A DNA stretch of 55,286 bases. Source: Trichoplax sp. H2 (taxonomy: Eukaryota). Shown piece by piece: positions 12,701-27,300 of the stretch. Made by a program: the position numbers and the translations under genes. The stretch covers positions 1 through 55,286 of the forward strand of contig NOWV01000307.1 of assembly GCA_003344405.1 (NCBI GenBank), written 5' to 3'. The notes below the pieces were generated by a model that ran no database searches, was not told the origin of the DNA, and saw only the letters and a list, made by a program, of their open reading frames with translations. Numbering within the stretch: position 1 is the first letter of the stretch; each line of letters opens with the position of its first letter.

Positions 12701-15700
12701 ATTCTTATGCTACATTATTATAGAATAAACTATCATTACTTTCAGGATAGAAAAGGTACCAAGTGAGTAAACTAACAGTAATTGTTACTGCTATTAGTAA
12801 GGGTTAGATTCTGCATTAGGTTTATAAGAACATACACATAAACAAATGTATGTTTATACTTTTATTACATGAGATGAAATAAAATATCGAATTATGACCT
12901 GTTATTTTCAGTGCGAATTATTAGTATGGTATAGTATTAAGAAAGACATAGAAATTACTCTATTTTCTGTATTAATATAGCCGATGATAAAGTTGACGGT
13001 TGTAATAAAATAAGTAATTTCACTATATAGTGGAGAAAAATGTATGGAAAATCGAGAATTTGATGGTTATTCACCTATGAAACGGCTTATTGAGAAATTA
13101 CCAACGGTAGCTGAAGTAAGTAATATACTTATGACGATGAAATCGATATTAACATACAAGAATAAAACATGCATCTGATTATTATTATTTAGGATGCGCT
13201 AAATAAGAGTGTTAAATTCACTACCAGAGCTAGAGATGATTGGAAACAAGTATAGTTTCTATTTTATATAGATTGAACTAAAATGAACAATTGAACATGA
13301 AAAGTTACCCGCGTGTCGATATACTAAATTATATATTAATTTATTGACTTTGCGATAGGTGGTATTCGATTTCCGCTATCTAGAAGTAGATCCTTTTGAT
13401 ACACAATTTAAGGAAGCAGAAGAAAAGTATCTAGCTGTAGAGGTAAATATCCAAAATTTTGTAGCAGCATTTAATTGGTAATGGCGTGCTACAAGGCGTA
13501 TGCAGGCTTACCAGAGATGAAATGATTATAAACCCGTCATTAGGTGTTTTTATTTAATTTAGTTATACAGTATTTAGTTTAAATAAACGAAGGCTAGCAT
13601 ATAATTTATCTGAGATATTTTATTGATAATAAAACAAAATTTAGACAATGCAGCAATATCAACGTAAGAATCTGATGATGCATCCAGTTGTGACAGCCTA
13701 TCGACATTTTAAGTGGTACGGTATTGGAAGAACAATCATTCAGTCGCTAGATAGTACACTACTGAAAATATTTTTAAGTTTAATCCTATTCTTTGTAGTA
13801 AAATTTTACATTTGCATAACTGTCATTGTCGCTATAGAACTTACTTTAGGTTAATCTTATTTCTATTTCTCGTTATTATCTAGGAACGCCTGCATGAAAC
13901 ATCTATATTATGCCGGATTACTATTTAGGCTTATTTTTCTAGCCGGAATAGTTATTCCGATCAGCATGAACAACCATGGCTATATTATATTTAGAACAAC
14001 GTACGATAAAGGTGTCACGCGATTAAACTTAACTCCAAGTCAATTAAATTATTACGTAAGATTTGTAGAGATACTCGTAATAGTTGATATCAACAATATA
14101 CATAACTTATATCAGAGATTATCAGGAGTTACTGGTTATTTCTTATAAATGACATTGTAAAGTATGGTAGTTCATAAGTGTCTATAAAACACATCAGAGA
14201 AAGTTAACATAAGACAGTATCATGTATTTATAAAATTTCAGATTAGTCCGTCGATGAGCTCTCGAAATTATATTATTTTTGGCGCTGTTTGCATTGCTGT
14301 TATGGCTCATCTGATACAAATTATAATCTGTGTAAGTATTTTAAAATATGCAAATATGTTTTAACATGTAATCTTGCAAACCATGATTTTAACATAGAAT
14401 TTATGTGGAAGGTTAAGCACAAAACAAGAAGGAAATTTATGCGATTGTTAAATTTTGAGCTATATATAAGAAATCAAGATTGAATTATTATATTTATTCT
14501 TAAGATATTATCCTATTTTAGCCTAAGGTATTTTTGAAATCAATAGCTGAAGTTATATGGCAACTATTATTTGAAGGGGCTGCTTTATTCTACTGCCTTC
14601 CGTTTGGTACTACTGTGTATCCGGAAAAATTACAAATAGGAGCATTAACCGTTTTACTAATAATGCTTACATTTCTGAGCAGCTTAAGAAGGTTTGTATA
14701 GTCCACGAAGCTATAGCATTGCGCTATCATGTGTTAAGATACTAGTTCTATCATTCAGATGCAATGCTTTGACATTCGCTGACTGAAATTTATTCCAAAA
14801 AAGTCTTGTTTGATTAATGAAATGCACGCTTTCTTAAAATTCGTACTTTGTAACAAAAGTACTTAAAATCACAAAACCGATCTAGATGTACGTCTACAAT
14901 CTAATATACGGCTTAAGATCAACAATATATTGTCGCGGCAGTATTTACGACTGATAATTTATGATAGTAAGCATTTCTTCATAATTTCTTATTCTTGAAA
15001 TAATTTTATTTTGTAGAGCATATGGTATCGGAATTTATATTTCAATGCTATTTACAACGTTAAGAACAATCTTAAAAGTATCTTTGACCATGGTACTTTT
15101 TCTTCTGGCTTTTTCTGTTGCATTCTACATGTTGTTAACCGATATGGTAATAATCTCAGTTTCAACATGGATAATAATAAAAAAATATACATTGGCATGC
15201 TATGACTATAAATCCGGTAATTTGATGCTTTATATCGCACCCTTTATAGCCTATGTTTTCACAAGTAGAATATGGCGTATTTCGCATTATGACCATGGTT
15301 GCCGGAGATATCAGCTATAGTGAAATATTTGACCATCTATATTCTAATGGAAGACGGCAAGTGTTATGGGTAGTATTTACCGTTCTAACTGGCGTTGTTA
15401 TCTTCATTAATGTGGCGTTTGCTAACCTGCTGGTAAATTCTTCAACGTACCAATCTAAGTATTTAAGTAAATTGTTCCACAATCTATTATATGTAAAGAA
15501 TTCTATAGCCGGAAAGCGTTATACAGTTCACTTCATGAGCGAGACAGCTTAGTTACAAGAGGTTACGCAATTATATATATAATCTAGCCAATGTTAAATA
15601 GATTAAATTTAATCAAAACTTCTAAATTCTTCAAGATATTAGATTCCGATCCGAAGTAGTAGTCATATTATCCAAAAATGATTGATTATAAAATGAAAAG

Positions 15701-17320
15701 TATAAGTACATGACATAGCATAAAGTACGCAAAGTACAAAGAGTGTGGGTTTTATTCGTGTTTAATTAATGCCAATTCTGTAACACAAACGTTGAAAGAC
15801 CTAAGTAACGCAGATTTACTGTGATACAGGATAGAATAGTATAATTATACACCAGTGGAAATTCTCCTTTCAAGATATTTGTAAATATTTACTCCATAGC
15901 ATCATTCATGATTAGTTTACTTGCATTCGGAGTGAAGTTCTTGGTATTGCGTAAACAAATAACAGGTTGATACTGTACGTAAAGACTAACTGAAGCAATA
16001 GCTATCTTCCTTCGTAGTACAAATTAATTATTATCAGTATTTTGCAAATCAAGCTAGTGTATTTGTTCTTTATCGTACAATTTCTAACTTTAAGTAAATA
16101 AATGATGTGGTGAATCTATCGGCAGCCTTGCTGTTGGTGTGGACACAAATACATTTTACTGTTATTGTAATTAATAAGTTTATACGTTATGATGCAAGAT
16201 ATGTAATTATATATGCGGTATTTATTTATTTATGCAAAACTGATATGGTACGCCATATTGACAGTTGAGCTCGAATGTTTTCTTTATAATTCGGAATCTA
16301 ATGTTATCAAGATATACGAAATTCGCGATTATAATTTCATGGAATGAATACAATAGCTTATGCCGGGGGCTGTTAATGCTGCAGACAGCATAACCATTTT
16401 ACTCAAGTATTTACTGTTATGAAATCTAAATTTAAATCAATGTAAATTTCTTAAAGTTGAGAGGCTTTGCATTGCAAATATAAATTTGTATAAAAATGAT
16501 GCAATTAATAATGTTGCTCAAAGCTGTGATCACAGTAGATATGGTGGTGTTTTGTCTTGGACTTATAATAGATTAGATTAATAGATTAAATTTCATTATA
16601 TTTAGGTAGGTCTAGCAGTCGGAGATATTGCTAAAATTAGAAAAAGTGCAGATTTGGCGCTTACTAAACTTGATCTTGAAGTCATAATCGATTTACAAAG
16701 TTATCGCTTCCCAGCATGGATACAAAGGCGATTATACAAGCCGTCTCTTGCTATCCAGATTGATAAGAATTCAGGATACTTAAAAAGGGTATCCTTCTGT
16801 AACCAAATAAACTGTGTATTAATTTAATCCATTTACAATTTATATTCACTTTTTATACAGAAAAATTTAGTAAGTTTTTAAGCGTTTACATTTGTGTTAT
16901 TTTCGAATGCATTGATTGCAATAGAGGGAATGGTCCCAACTTACGACCAAGTTAAAGCTCCATCTTCCTAGTGATAAACACGTCGATCGCGAGACTAATT
17001 CAAGTTCTATACAGCATCAAGTTACTAGACAGCAATTAGAGTAAGTTTTAGCATTTAATTTTATGAAACATGCTATTACAATTTACAGTTTTTCTACTAT
17101 AATTAAGACCAACGTTGACTGAATGCTATAACGAATAATTTGTTATATGCAAAAAGCATAAAATTCTCTTATTTGAATAGCATTGCAAATTATTTTGACT
17201 TTTAGTTTGCAAGATTTACAACACCAAGTTCAAGAGATCAAGTCCGATATATCCAATAAATTTGCCTTATTGGACACTAAAATAAATAAACTGCTCGCTG
17301 CTCATGAAATACAGGAATAA
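6741..17320 (+). CDS. TRPA1-like ankyrin-repeat TRP channel, copy 2 (complete, 25 coding exons, ~1160 aa)
   Basis: In-frame exons: 6741-7070, 8652-8814, 8978-9156, 9668-9793, 9927-10035, 10234-10325, 10466-10513, 10837-11010, 11135-11329, 11400-11483, 11786-12030, 12282-12393, 12509-12678, 13031-13115, 13193-13249, 13359-13442, 13645-13715, 13884-14055, 14242-14331, 14522-14691, 15017-15146, 15250-15432, 16606-16788, 16925-17040, 17206-17320. They encode many ankyrin repeats (TPLH/TALH/TPIH), pre-S1 LMMHPVVTAYRHFKW, the TM region, the AGD filter and NLLVGLAVGDI. Confidence 0.9.
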
Positions 17321-20300
17321 TTAACATTGGTAGCCCTTTAACGTGTATAGAAATTGTATTAAGGGCACATTACAATTTGAACTAATTAACCATCCAAGCA
17401 TGAATAGTGATACCTTAGATATATGTAAATCGTTATGTTTACATTCATATTCTTATTATTTATGCTTTGTAGATTTTTCTTTAACAATATCAACTGTTCT
17501 GGAAGCTATTGTAATTAATATTTTTCTCATTAGTGAATCTAATCACCAATACTGATGCCAGGATAACAAAAAGTGTCTACTCGTATTTAATCATATATTT
17601 TCTCTAACGCTTTAATTCAAATTTACCATATTATTAAAGCTATAAATTTTAGGATATCTTGTGTATAGAACAAACGTTCCTTGCCTTTATTAATTAAATA
17701 AGATTTGTATTCTATCGCTTAAGTCTCAAGCAATAAAATGCGTTCGGAATACTTGAAGTTCGAGAAGAAACTACGAGGCTCTTCGTGCAGTAAGCATTAG
17801 CTTTTGCTTTCTGCTATTAGCTAAGGAAATAGATTTGGAAAGGGCTATTTGATTGTAATCTTTAAGGTGAAATATGCTTCAATGGTTTTAATGTTAGTTG
17901 GTGCGTTTTGTAAAGTAATCGAGTCAGGATTCACCTTTAAAGTTACCGTAAGATCGTAAAATTTTCCTCTAAAGCTTTTAATCATATCGAAGACTACCCA
18001 AATAGCTAATGTTCTCGGAGTACATAGTCCTAATTCAACACACTTAGAAAATATTTCAGGAATGCAGAATAAACTTACAATGTTTGATATTTTCATCAAA
18101 TAATTAGTATTACAGCTAGTTAGGGAAGGGCTTGTAAGTCCTAATATACTGTACTTTAAGCCTATGATAAGCTAAATCATTATCTTTTTGATTAAATATG
18201 ATGGTCTAAATACGATTTTTTACGTCAAAAATCTACCTACGACTATCGCTCAATGATACATAAGATCTTTACAATGACAGCTAGAATCTTAACATTCCTA
18301 GCACAATATGACGATACTGCTCTAGTTTTTCAGTTATAGAGGATAGTTAGTAGACGTAAGGGTAATAATCTTCCTATGAATTACTAATTCATTGTAAGAG
18401 GCAGCAGTCCTGAAAACTTATCCTGTTATACACATAGTAGTTCTTAAGCTTCTATAAAATTTCTAGCGTTCAAGGCCTAGTGAATGATATACCGATGAAT
18501 ATACTCCTATTAATTAGTAACGAGCAGTCATTTCGGAAATAACACTTTACTTTCTAGATTTTCTAATACTTAAAGTTCTAAATATACTAAATCGTATATG
18601 AAAATCTGTGAATGAAATAATACTTTATTAAAAGCATGATGTAATGAATGTTATGTAGATATAATATAAGTATTTAGAATTTAAATAGCTTGATGGTACG
18701 AACTTTCATACAAGATACCTATATTAGATATATTGCAATTCATTTACATATATTTCTCTTAGTTAATGTTAATTAGATTTAAATGCTAATATTCGAGAAT
18801 TATACGGAAATCATTGGTAATTTTTATTAAAATTTTGATATCATGCAATGTTTCACAGGTAAAATATATTTGTTAGTCTTGGCCAATGTTTATTTATATT
18901 TCATATATATTCCAAAGATCGATATAAAGTGCTTTGGGAGACTCGCGTATTCCTAAAAGGTTATCGCATGCTGACAATTTATCAAACGTTGGATAAATCA
19001 GTACATTATACCATCACTGGCAATGCTATCGCCTTATTTTTTTTATATAAATCCATTTTAATTCGATTTAATTAAATTGATATTTTTATCTAGAAGTTTA
19101 ATTAGATTAAATCCCGATATGATTCCTTAATTACTAACAAGCCATGTTCGTATTTAATATTAGTACAAATTGACGACCAAAGGATCATCAAGAAAATTCA
19201 TATCTGAAAGTGAATACGAGTATATACGCGAAGACATAGCATGAATTTAGAGCTTAGGTGATAACTTGATGGGGAATTAGATTAGTATGGGGACTTATGA
19301 CCGAAAATATAAAATTTATAAGAAGCAGAGAAATTTTTTCCTTTCTTATAATCCTGGTCAAATGTGTTGCACGATTCAGTAGTGTTGTAAATATTCGGCC
19401 TTCTAGCTTTGAGATTCCAGTTTTTGGGATTAAATAATCAATATACATCATGGCATCAGTATAAAATTAATACCATCAGGAAATGATATTATATACTGAG
19501 TATCTTTCCTGTAATTATTTTAGATTACTAGGAATAACTCATAATATGTGAATGGCTATCGGTATGGATACATGGGTAATTAAATTATGTCATCTCATCA
19601 AAATTAAACTAACACCAACCCAATTAATACTATATCAGTAATCTTAAATTTCAGTGCATGTCTTGGCCTGCCCTTGGCTAAATTAAATAAATATTTTAGG
19701 TTAAACAAGAGGAAAGAATTTGTGTTGACTTGTTGTGTCATCGACCAGTACCCCAATCTTATAATAATCTAATTATGCATAATTTAAGTCTTCACTAAAA
19801 ATAAAATCTAATTTAGATTAAGATAAATGCCTTTACGTAATGATTACACAGCTTTATTTTAGCCTATATTTTTTCTGAAATCCCGTTTAGGCGGTTGCGT
19901 TGCCATAAGATAACATGCTAGCAATAATTCGAATGATTGCCAAGCTACTTTAAAGGGTTAAGCGGCTTCTATTAAATTACTAGTCTAATCAATATAAATA
20001 AGTGTTGAAATTACTCATGTGTCTTTACTTGACTATGGACGGAGATATTCGATTTTAGAGTTTTATATCTCAGCCGAATATTTTAAAGATGCAATTTAGC
20101 TGATTACGAAAATCACCTGTCAAGGTTAAATCTTGACCTAGTTGTTGGAGTAGCTTCCGGAACCTCTTTACTTGGATGATTATAATATAGAACTCCAGTA
20201 GATAATTAATTAATAGAATTTAGATATGAACATCATGATGGCTATGAGTTCACTAATGTTTATTTTGGATGCCCTTGGCTTTAAACTAGTTAAAAGCCTG

Positions 20301-20805
20301 TTATTGACAGTAATACTGTAGTTACATGGGGAAGTAGTTAGGAAATATTTGATGACTATAGTAGATTAAAGACCAACTGCTGTTTTTTACTGTCGTCAGC
20401 GGATGCATGCTGTTCTGATCAGAAGGTATATAAGCAAAGAAACAGCCTAATCCAGCTAAATCTGAATCTTAGTTCATCGGATTGCATAACAAGCTACTTT
20501 ACGTGCTCCAAACTTATTTCATTCCTGTTAGAGATAGCTTACTCAGGTAGCATTATTTTAAATAGGCCTAAGCGCGTGTCTAAAAATTAAAAAAAAACTA
20601 AACTTTGAGATTAAAACCATAGAACATTTTATTATACGATTAGATAGCAATTTTTCAGCTGATTAACCAAAAATTTACTTTGCTATTTATCTACAGTATA
20701 CCTCTAACATTGCATCCTTGGCTTTTACAGATCATATGTTTGTGATCTAAAAAATTACTTGAATTAAGAATAAAAATTTTAAATTTATTTCGAACCGAAA
20801 AGAAA

Positions 20806-22089
20806 ATGGTTGCGGATCTTATGTCAGAGAGAGAGGCAATGATGAAGTTACGAGAAAGACTCTTGATTATTGCTAGCCAAGAAAGGTTCGAGCCATGTAG
20901 AGAAATCAAATTTACTGATTTAAGTTAGTTTATAAGAGCAGTAATAGTTAAATGATTATTGTATTCAGATCTTTATTTCCTGCCTACGAACCAGAATAAT
21001 CATTTTAAATACTTATTTTGCATAACCAGTAGCTCGTTCATCCTGCGAAAGAAATCTCAAAGAATGCTCAAATTACAGCTAAAGAAGATGCAGCAGAATT
21101 ATACAAAACGATATTATGGTAAGGAATCGGAGAGCGACGATGACGACACTACTACAAATGACTATAGCAGGGAGCATTATTATGTAACAAGGCGACTGAA
21201 GAGAAGAAATCGTAATGGTCGATATGGTCAACGATCAGCTTCTATTTCATCAAATGGCCTACTCGATAATTGTAATACTGAAAATCTTCCGCCGTATAAA
21301 TTAAGTCATAATCGCTTACCGAAAAAAACCTTAATGAAATGGAAAGATTCCAATATAAATTTCACTACAGATTGTGCATCAAATTTTAGTGATGATGGAA
21401 GTGATAGCTCTTGCCAATACTCAAAATTCATAGATAGTACAACTTCAGGAAAGAAGCTTTTGCAATCACGCGTGATTGTAGATGCTGGATCAGAAATAGA
21501 ATCAGAACTAGAACTAATTCAAGATTCATCATCCGTAACGGCAACTGAGAATGGAATGAACTTTTCTTCTTACGCTTGTGGTGTGAATAGACATACAGAT
21601 CAAGAAGTTAGCAAATGTAATGAATTTGAAGAAATGGCAAATGAAGCGGCAAATAATCAGCAAGGAAGGGCTCAAATGTCGATTGCAAAGCTTAATAATT
21701 TGTCTAGACATTCTACAATTACATCGAATACAACTAATAATAATATTGCAAAAACTACGTCTATTACAGTCGATACGGAATCACACCAAGAAGATATAAA
21801 TCAAGTGAAAGCGAAGCATGGTCAACTTAAGCGTTTAAGAAAGATATTCAAAAAATCGGTACCATTAAGACTACTTTCCCTTTTCCGATCGACTCTTTTC
21901 TCTGTTGATAACGAAGCTAGCAATAAGGACAATTCTAGAAGCGATGGGTTTTCTTCAGGCACTGATAGTCTGGATTTTCATTTATTTTCTTGTATGGGAA
22001 AATCTGAACAAGAAATACATAATTCAAACGAATGTTTAAATACGTGTTTATATCATAACCAGCTATCTCCGGTTTTGACACCCATTTAG
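20806..22089 (+). CDS. Hypothetical 379-aa protein, N-terminal helical/coiled-coil segment then a long S/N/T/D-rich disordered region
   Basis: Exon 20806-20885 (MVADLMSEREAMMKLRERLLIIASQE) splices in phase 2 across a GT-AG intron to 21030-22089, part of a 1.1-kb stop-free ORF in very AT-rich DNA. No recognisable domain. Confidence 0.7.
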
Positions 22090-24356
22090 ATCACTATGCA
22101 ACGTAAATAAATTCTTTCAATTAACTTAGTGTATCTTAAAAATAAGACAAATTAAGGATAAATTATGGGCTAATTATACAAAGGTATAAGCGATAATATA
22201 ATTAGCAGTTCGCAAAACGTTCTCAGGTGATGCTTGATAAATTCGATTTAAGCACATCTTAGTTCTGATATATATTATTTGCGATTACCGTATTTCTGTT
22301 CTATAGCCTTTCTATTTAGTGAAAAAGTTTAGGTAATTAAAAGTGAGAATTTCAAAAATTTTTCTGTAGCAACAGTCAACATTTTGAAAATGATGTCTGT
22401 AGGATCAGTCCGGACTATATATCATTACGTATTATATATTAGTAATAGCCTGTATAGTCTGTAACACTGAGTCAGAATTATAAATTAAATTATATGTTCA
22501 TTAAATAGATAGTTACGTCTCTTACTTATTATTCTTGAGGTCAAAACCTGTTCTATTTAATGAATAATAGCTGTAATCTAATTTAGAATCGCTGAAATTT
22601 AAACACTCCATTCCTATTTCTGTTGTTCTTCTTTCACGTGATGAAAGCGAAAAATAATTTTTATGTAAAAGAGCTAATATGTATTATAATTACTAATTGT
22701 GAATTTAGAATACTGAATTACTCAATCTGTCATCCTGTTTAAGATATTTTCAGAGCTTCGTTAATGTATGTATACTCTTCGAACCTCCTGCTCGATTACT
22801 TGTATATATATACAAACTTTTTAAATATTTTTCCAAATGGAATATGGAAGTATCATGACTATAATAAAAATAAAAAATCGTTAATAATATAATAATTAGA
22901 GTCCATATATTTTTATTACGTATATAATGGAATAGTTGATATCTTAGATTGAAGATATATTTTCCTTCAGTATTATGCAATGCCTCCCACTTATACTGTC
23001 TTCAGACCTCGTAGTTTTGCAATTAATCCTGAGTGGCAATTGCAAACAGTTTGTAGGTTACAGTAGTAATTCTTGATGGATTAGACTAAGAACTACAGTA
23101 CTACTTTACCCATAAATTTCTATTTCGATAAGCCGTCATTTGAGATATGTCACGACATCTTTTATATGCAATGCAGTGAAGTATCGTAATTATGCTCAAC
23201 TAACTCAGCTTGATGCAATTCTATATTGCCATCGGCTGCGTTAATAAATTTTAATTAGATTTATATCAATTATTCTTACGGCGCAGCTGTATAGGTATGC
23301 CACATTTAAGATCATCAAGGAGAAATTGTTTAGGTACTAAACTCAATTATTAGAAACGATCAATCGGTTTATAGAAGTATGCCTACGGTACTTCTTAAGG
23401 TCATCAAATTATACATATTTAACCGAATGGTATTCAACAGTAAATACCTTCCAGTTCAATAGCTCGGATGGTTCAGAATGTCATTCTATTAAGATTGAAT
23501 TTAAACAAAGGAAAGTTTGATTTCGAGGTTCCATCGTGACTAAAGCACTACCACTCAGCAGAGAGTGTAATATAGTTTAAATTTTATTACATCTGTAAAT
23601 TGTGGTATCCATTTGTTATAACTACTATTCCAACGCAACGACTCAACAATACAATAATACTGGTCATTTTATAATCATGTCAATCGTCTTACCAATTAAA
23701 CGAAGCAAAATAAATTAGCTAGCTAAATTTCTGGGTGTTTTAAAACCTTAAACAAACGTAGTAGATCGTCACTGCTAATAGTATACTACTGCAAGTCTCA
23801 CGAAACCTATCAATTGCTACGTAGAGAAATAAAATTATATTGCTAAGTATACCGAACAGTTGTGAGAGACTCAGAAAACGCTGATGTGGATAAAGTGTTA
23901 GGATCGCAAGAATTTGAGTTAATTTTTCTGAACAAATCCATCGAAAATATTCAATCATCCTCAGTCAAAGTTTAAGTTTACTCCTGGAAAAGGATTTTAT
24001 TTATTCACTAATACAGTATACGTTTTGTAGGACACAAGTTATCCATAGGAAGACATTTAAAATTATAAAAAATTAACCTACAGCCAAACTATCGGCCAAG
24101 GTTAAAGTTAGACTTCAAAGTTTGTGTAATACGCGTATAGTATACAATACAATACAGGAAGATATGTGTATGAGCCAAGATGTCGATTGCTGAATCGAAC
24201 AGAGACAAAGTCAACATTTCGAACAAAATATGATGTTAGCGATACGATAAAATGCACACCTATAATAATATTTAAAAAGTCAATCCTGCCAAGTCGATTT
24301 GAAGTATTGAAAGATAAAGAATTAACACGTTATAGCTGTTACCGGCTGCAAATAAA

Positions 24357-27300
24357 TCACGTATTCAGTTTACAGGTTCTTCTTTTTCCCTTTCGATTTA
24401 CTCTTTCTAAGTTTCTTGCCCTTTACTATTTTTAGTTTCTTTTTTATTTGACCACGTTTTCTTTTGCTAGACTGTGTAACCGAATATTCAGTTTAATGGT
24501 AAGAAGAATAATTTATATCAATTTCATTAAAGAATTTATCATGTAGTATTAAATACCTTTTTACTATAATATTTAGTTTTCTTTTTGATGCCACTTTCAT
24601 GTCGCTTAATTTGTAAACTTTTTACACGATTGTTTGGCTCTCGGACTCTACGAAATTAATGTGATTGATATATGTTGTAATACATATTAATTCGGTTACA
24701 CTATGTCATGAGACGATACTGTGTACGTAGTAAACTATTACAATCCATGTATTCTAGTTAATTATAGGTTCTCACTTGTAAATACGAACGAGCCAGTGTT
24801 CTGTAGTATAAGCTTCTTCAAGGACGTCCAGTGTAAAATCTTTATTTCCAATCTCAGCATTTCGGGTTCTATCATAGCCACTTGGGGTTCTAAAATCCAT
24901 CTAAGTTGAACAAAGACATAGTTTTAATTATTACGTTGCTTATAATCAATGATTATTCAACTACTAGAGTCACTACCACATTAATATCTTATCTAAGTTG
25001 TCAAGCTACCTGCATTAATCCAAACTTCCAATACGACATCTTGTACATTAAACAATTTAATAGTGTTGGTGAACCTAAACGATCAACTCTAAATTCTCCA
25101 TTTGGTGTAAAATATTCCGATTCCTAAATTGAAATAAGCAAAACTTGAGTAAAATTTTTCATAGCGATACTTATGCGCAAATGAATTTACATAAATGCTA
25201 CATTGCAATATGTCAGAATATCAAAGGGTTATAAATCTTACCTTAATTTCTTTCGGATGTTCACCTTCCGCTATTCTTACCATCCACAAAAATTTGTTAA
25301 TATCATCACCACTATAGCCGATCGCCCCACCAAATATAATTAATACATAATCGACATCAAGTTCCCTCATAATTTTGTAAGCAGCGGTTTCATTTGATGA
25401 CATTGCTTTGCCAACCTATAACATAGATAAAAGTGGCTTCAATTAATTTAACCAATAAATCAACACAACTAGTAATAAGCCAAGTTGTAGGGTTATACCA
25501 GTGCAATATGGCTGTTATTCCATGTATTATTATCTACAAGAGTTGTTCTATTTGCCATGCCAGCAATTTGATAACCATAATCCCACCAGGACATAATTCT
25601 GTAACATTTTAGGTAATTCATTAAATTTTAGGTGTGAACAGTAGGAGAATAATTCACAATCTGGTTAGATTACCTTGCATTTTCGTGCGTGTTTTGGCGT
25701 AGCCAATAATATGCTTCTCTAAAATCGTCAAGAACCGTTCTACTCCTGATATCACGAGTATCACATAGTAACAATAAGTGACTTTATTTTCCAAACAGTA
25801 ATTTATTGCTATGAATATATAACTTAATGCTAACCCATCAGGATTACTTGATGCTAAAACTACAGATGGACTAGAATATGCAGAGCCAGTCACCCAAGTG
25901 CTATGGACTGCAAACATCATTAATAGCATAGCAAGCACCATGACGACCATACTTTTAGTATTAGCTCCTACATCACCAATGTAAAATTTAGATCGAGTCT
26001 TTGATTTCGTTTCCTAATCAGAATAAATTCTCTGTCACTATTTCATCGTAGGAAAAATGATGTATAGAAATATCATCGTGATAACTACCTCCTTTTGCTT
26101 AGCTTTATCCCTTTTCCTAGGGGACACAATCTCTTTCTTTTCTTTCTCTGATTCGTCACCTTCTTCTTCATCTTCATCGTAATACAAATATTTATCGAAT
26201 GTTGTCGAAAACGCAATGGATGATAGTATGATAACAACGGGAGTCAAGGTAAGCATAAGTCGAACCATCACGCCAGCAAAATAGACAGCTGATACAGCGT
26301 ATAAAACGACTGCAAGAAAGACGTGAATATAATATTGAAATCAAAAACTTGCAATATTAGGTAGTAAGTAGTAGCAAACTTAAATTAAAATGTATAAACA
26401 ACTTACTAAAGGCCCTTTCATCATTAATGTTATTGATTAATAGCCAAACACCATAGGGAAACATGCATATGTTGATGTGAAGATCGAAGAAAAAGGAAAC
26501 CCATGTCGTTGGTTGATGCTCTGATACAGACGCAATGATTGGAATGTGTACTTTGGCGTAACTAGTTTTTATTAATAAATGAGTTAAACATAATGTATGC
26601 ATATGCATATTATTCAAATTGAGTCTACTGTATGATAATTTGTCTTATTTCTCTCACCCGGTATCCCAAAGTGAATAAAATCGACCGCTCCAAGGGGCAA
26701 TATAACCTAAAAGATGTTTACAACAAGCACGTACGTAATTCTAGCAATCAGCAATGTCAAGTATATACTGTATATACTGTAAGATAAACTACGTCTAGTA
26801 CCTGCATATGTGAGTGTAACAACAACGAAAAATACAAATCCAGCAGCTCCAACCGTAGCGAACAAGATGAGTCTACCAAGGTTAACAGCAGTCGAATTGG
26901 ATTTGATAAATAAAAGAGCAGAGTAGGCTTGCAGTAAAGCGAAAACACCTGAAATAGGTTATAGAAATATTTAAATAACTCAAGCATCAGATCTGTGTAA
27001 TGATAACAAACGCATATCAAATTAAGTTAAAATAATACAGGCACTATAACAATTCAATAACCTGCAGCGGCCATGTGCTCGCTCGTTCGCACAGGTTGAA
27101 ATCCAACAAATGGAATTTGCATTGACATGATCAATCCCAATATGAAAAAGCTCGTATAAGCTTTATTGAGAAAGAATGTAAGAAATTGTAAGAATTAGTT
27201 ATAAATAAAAAGAATGAACCGTTTCCACTTCAACCTACAAGAGTAGTATAATGCGAATTACTGATTGAACTTGTACGAATACTGCAGATTTTTATAGCGA

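Noticed and set aside
14398..14411. Possible 14-nt TRPA microexon (TAG|AATTTATGTGGAAG|GTTAAG)
   Set aside because: Incompatible with the phase-0 flanking exons; direct splicing 14331^14522 is already in frame.
17343..24435. Short isolated ORFs in intergenic DNA (e.g. 17845-18099, 19254-19451, 22750-22980, 23740-23958)
   Set aside because: Composition typical of random AT-rich ORFs, with no motifs and no consistent splice chain.
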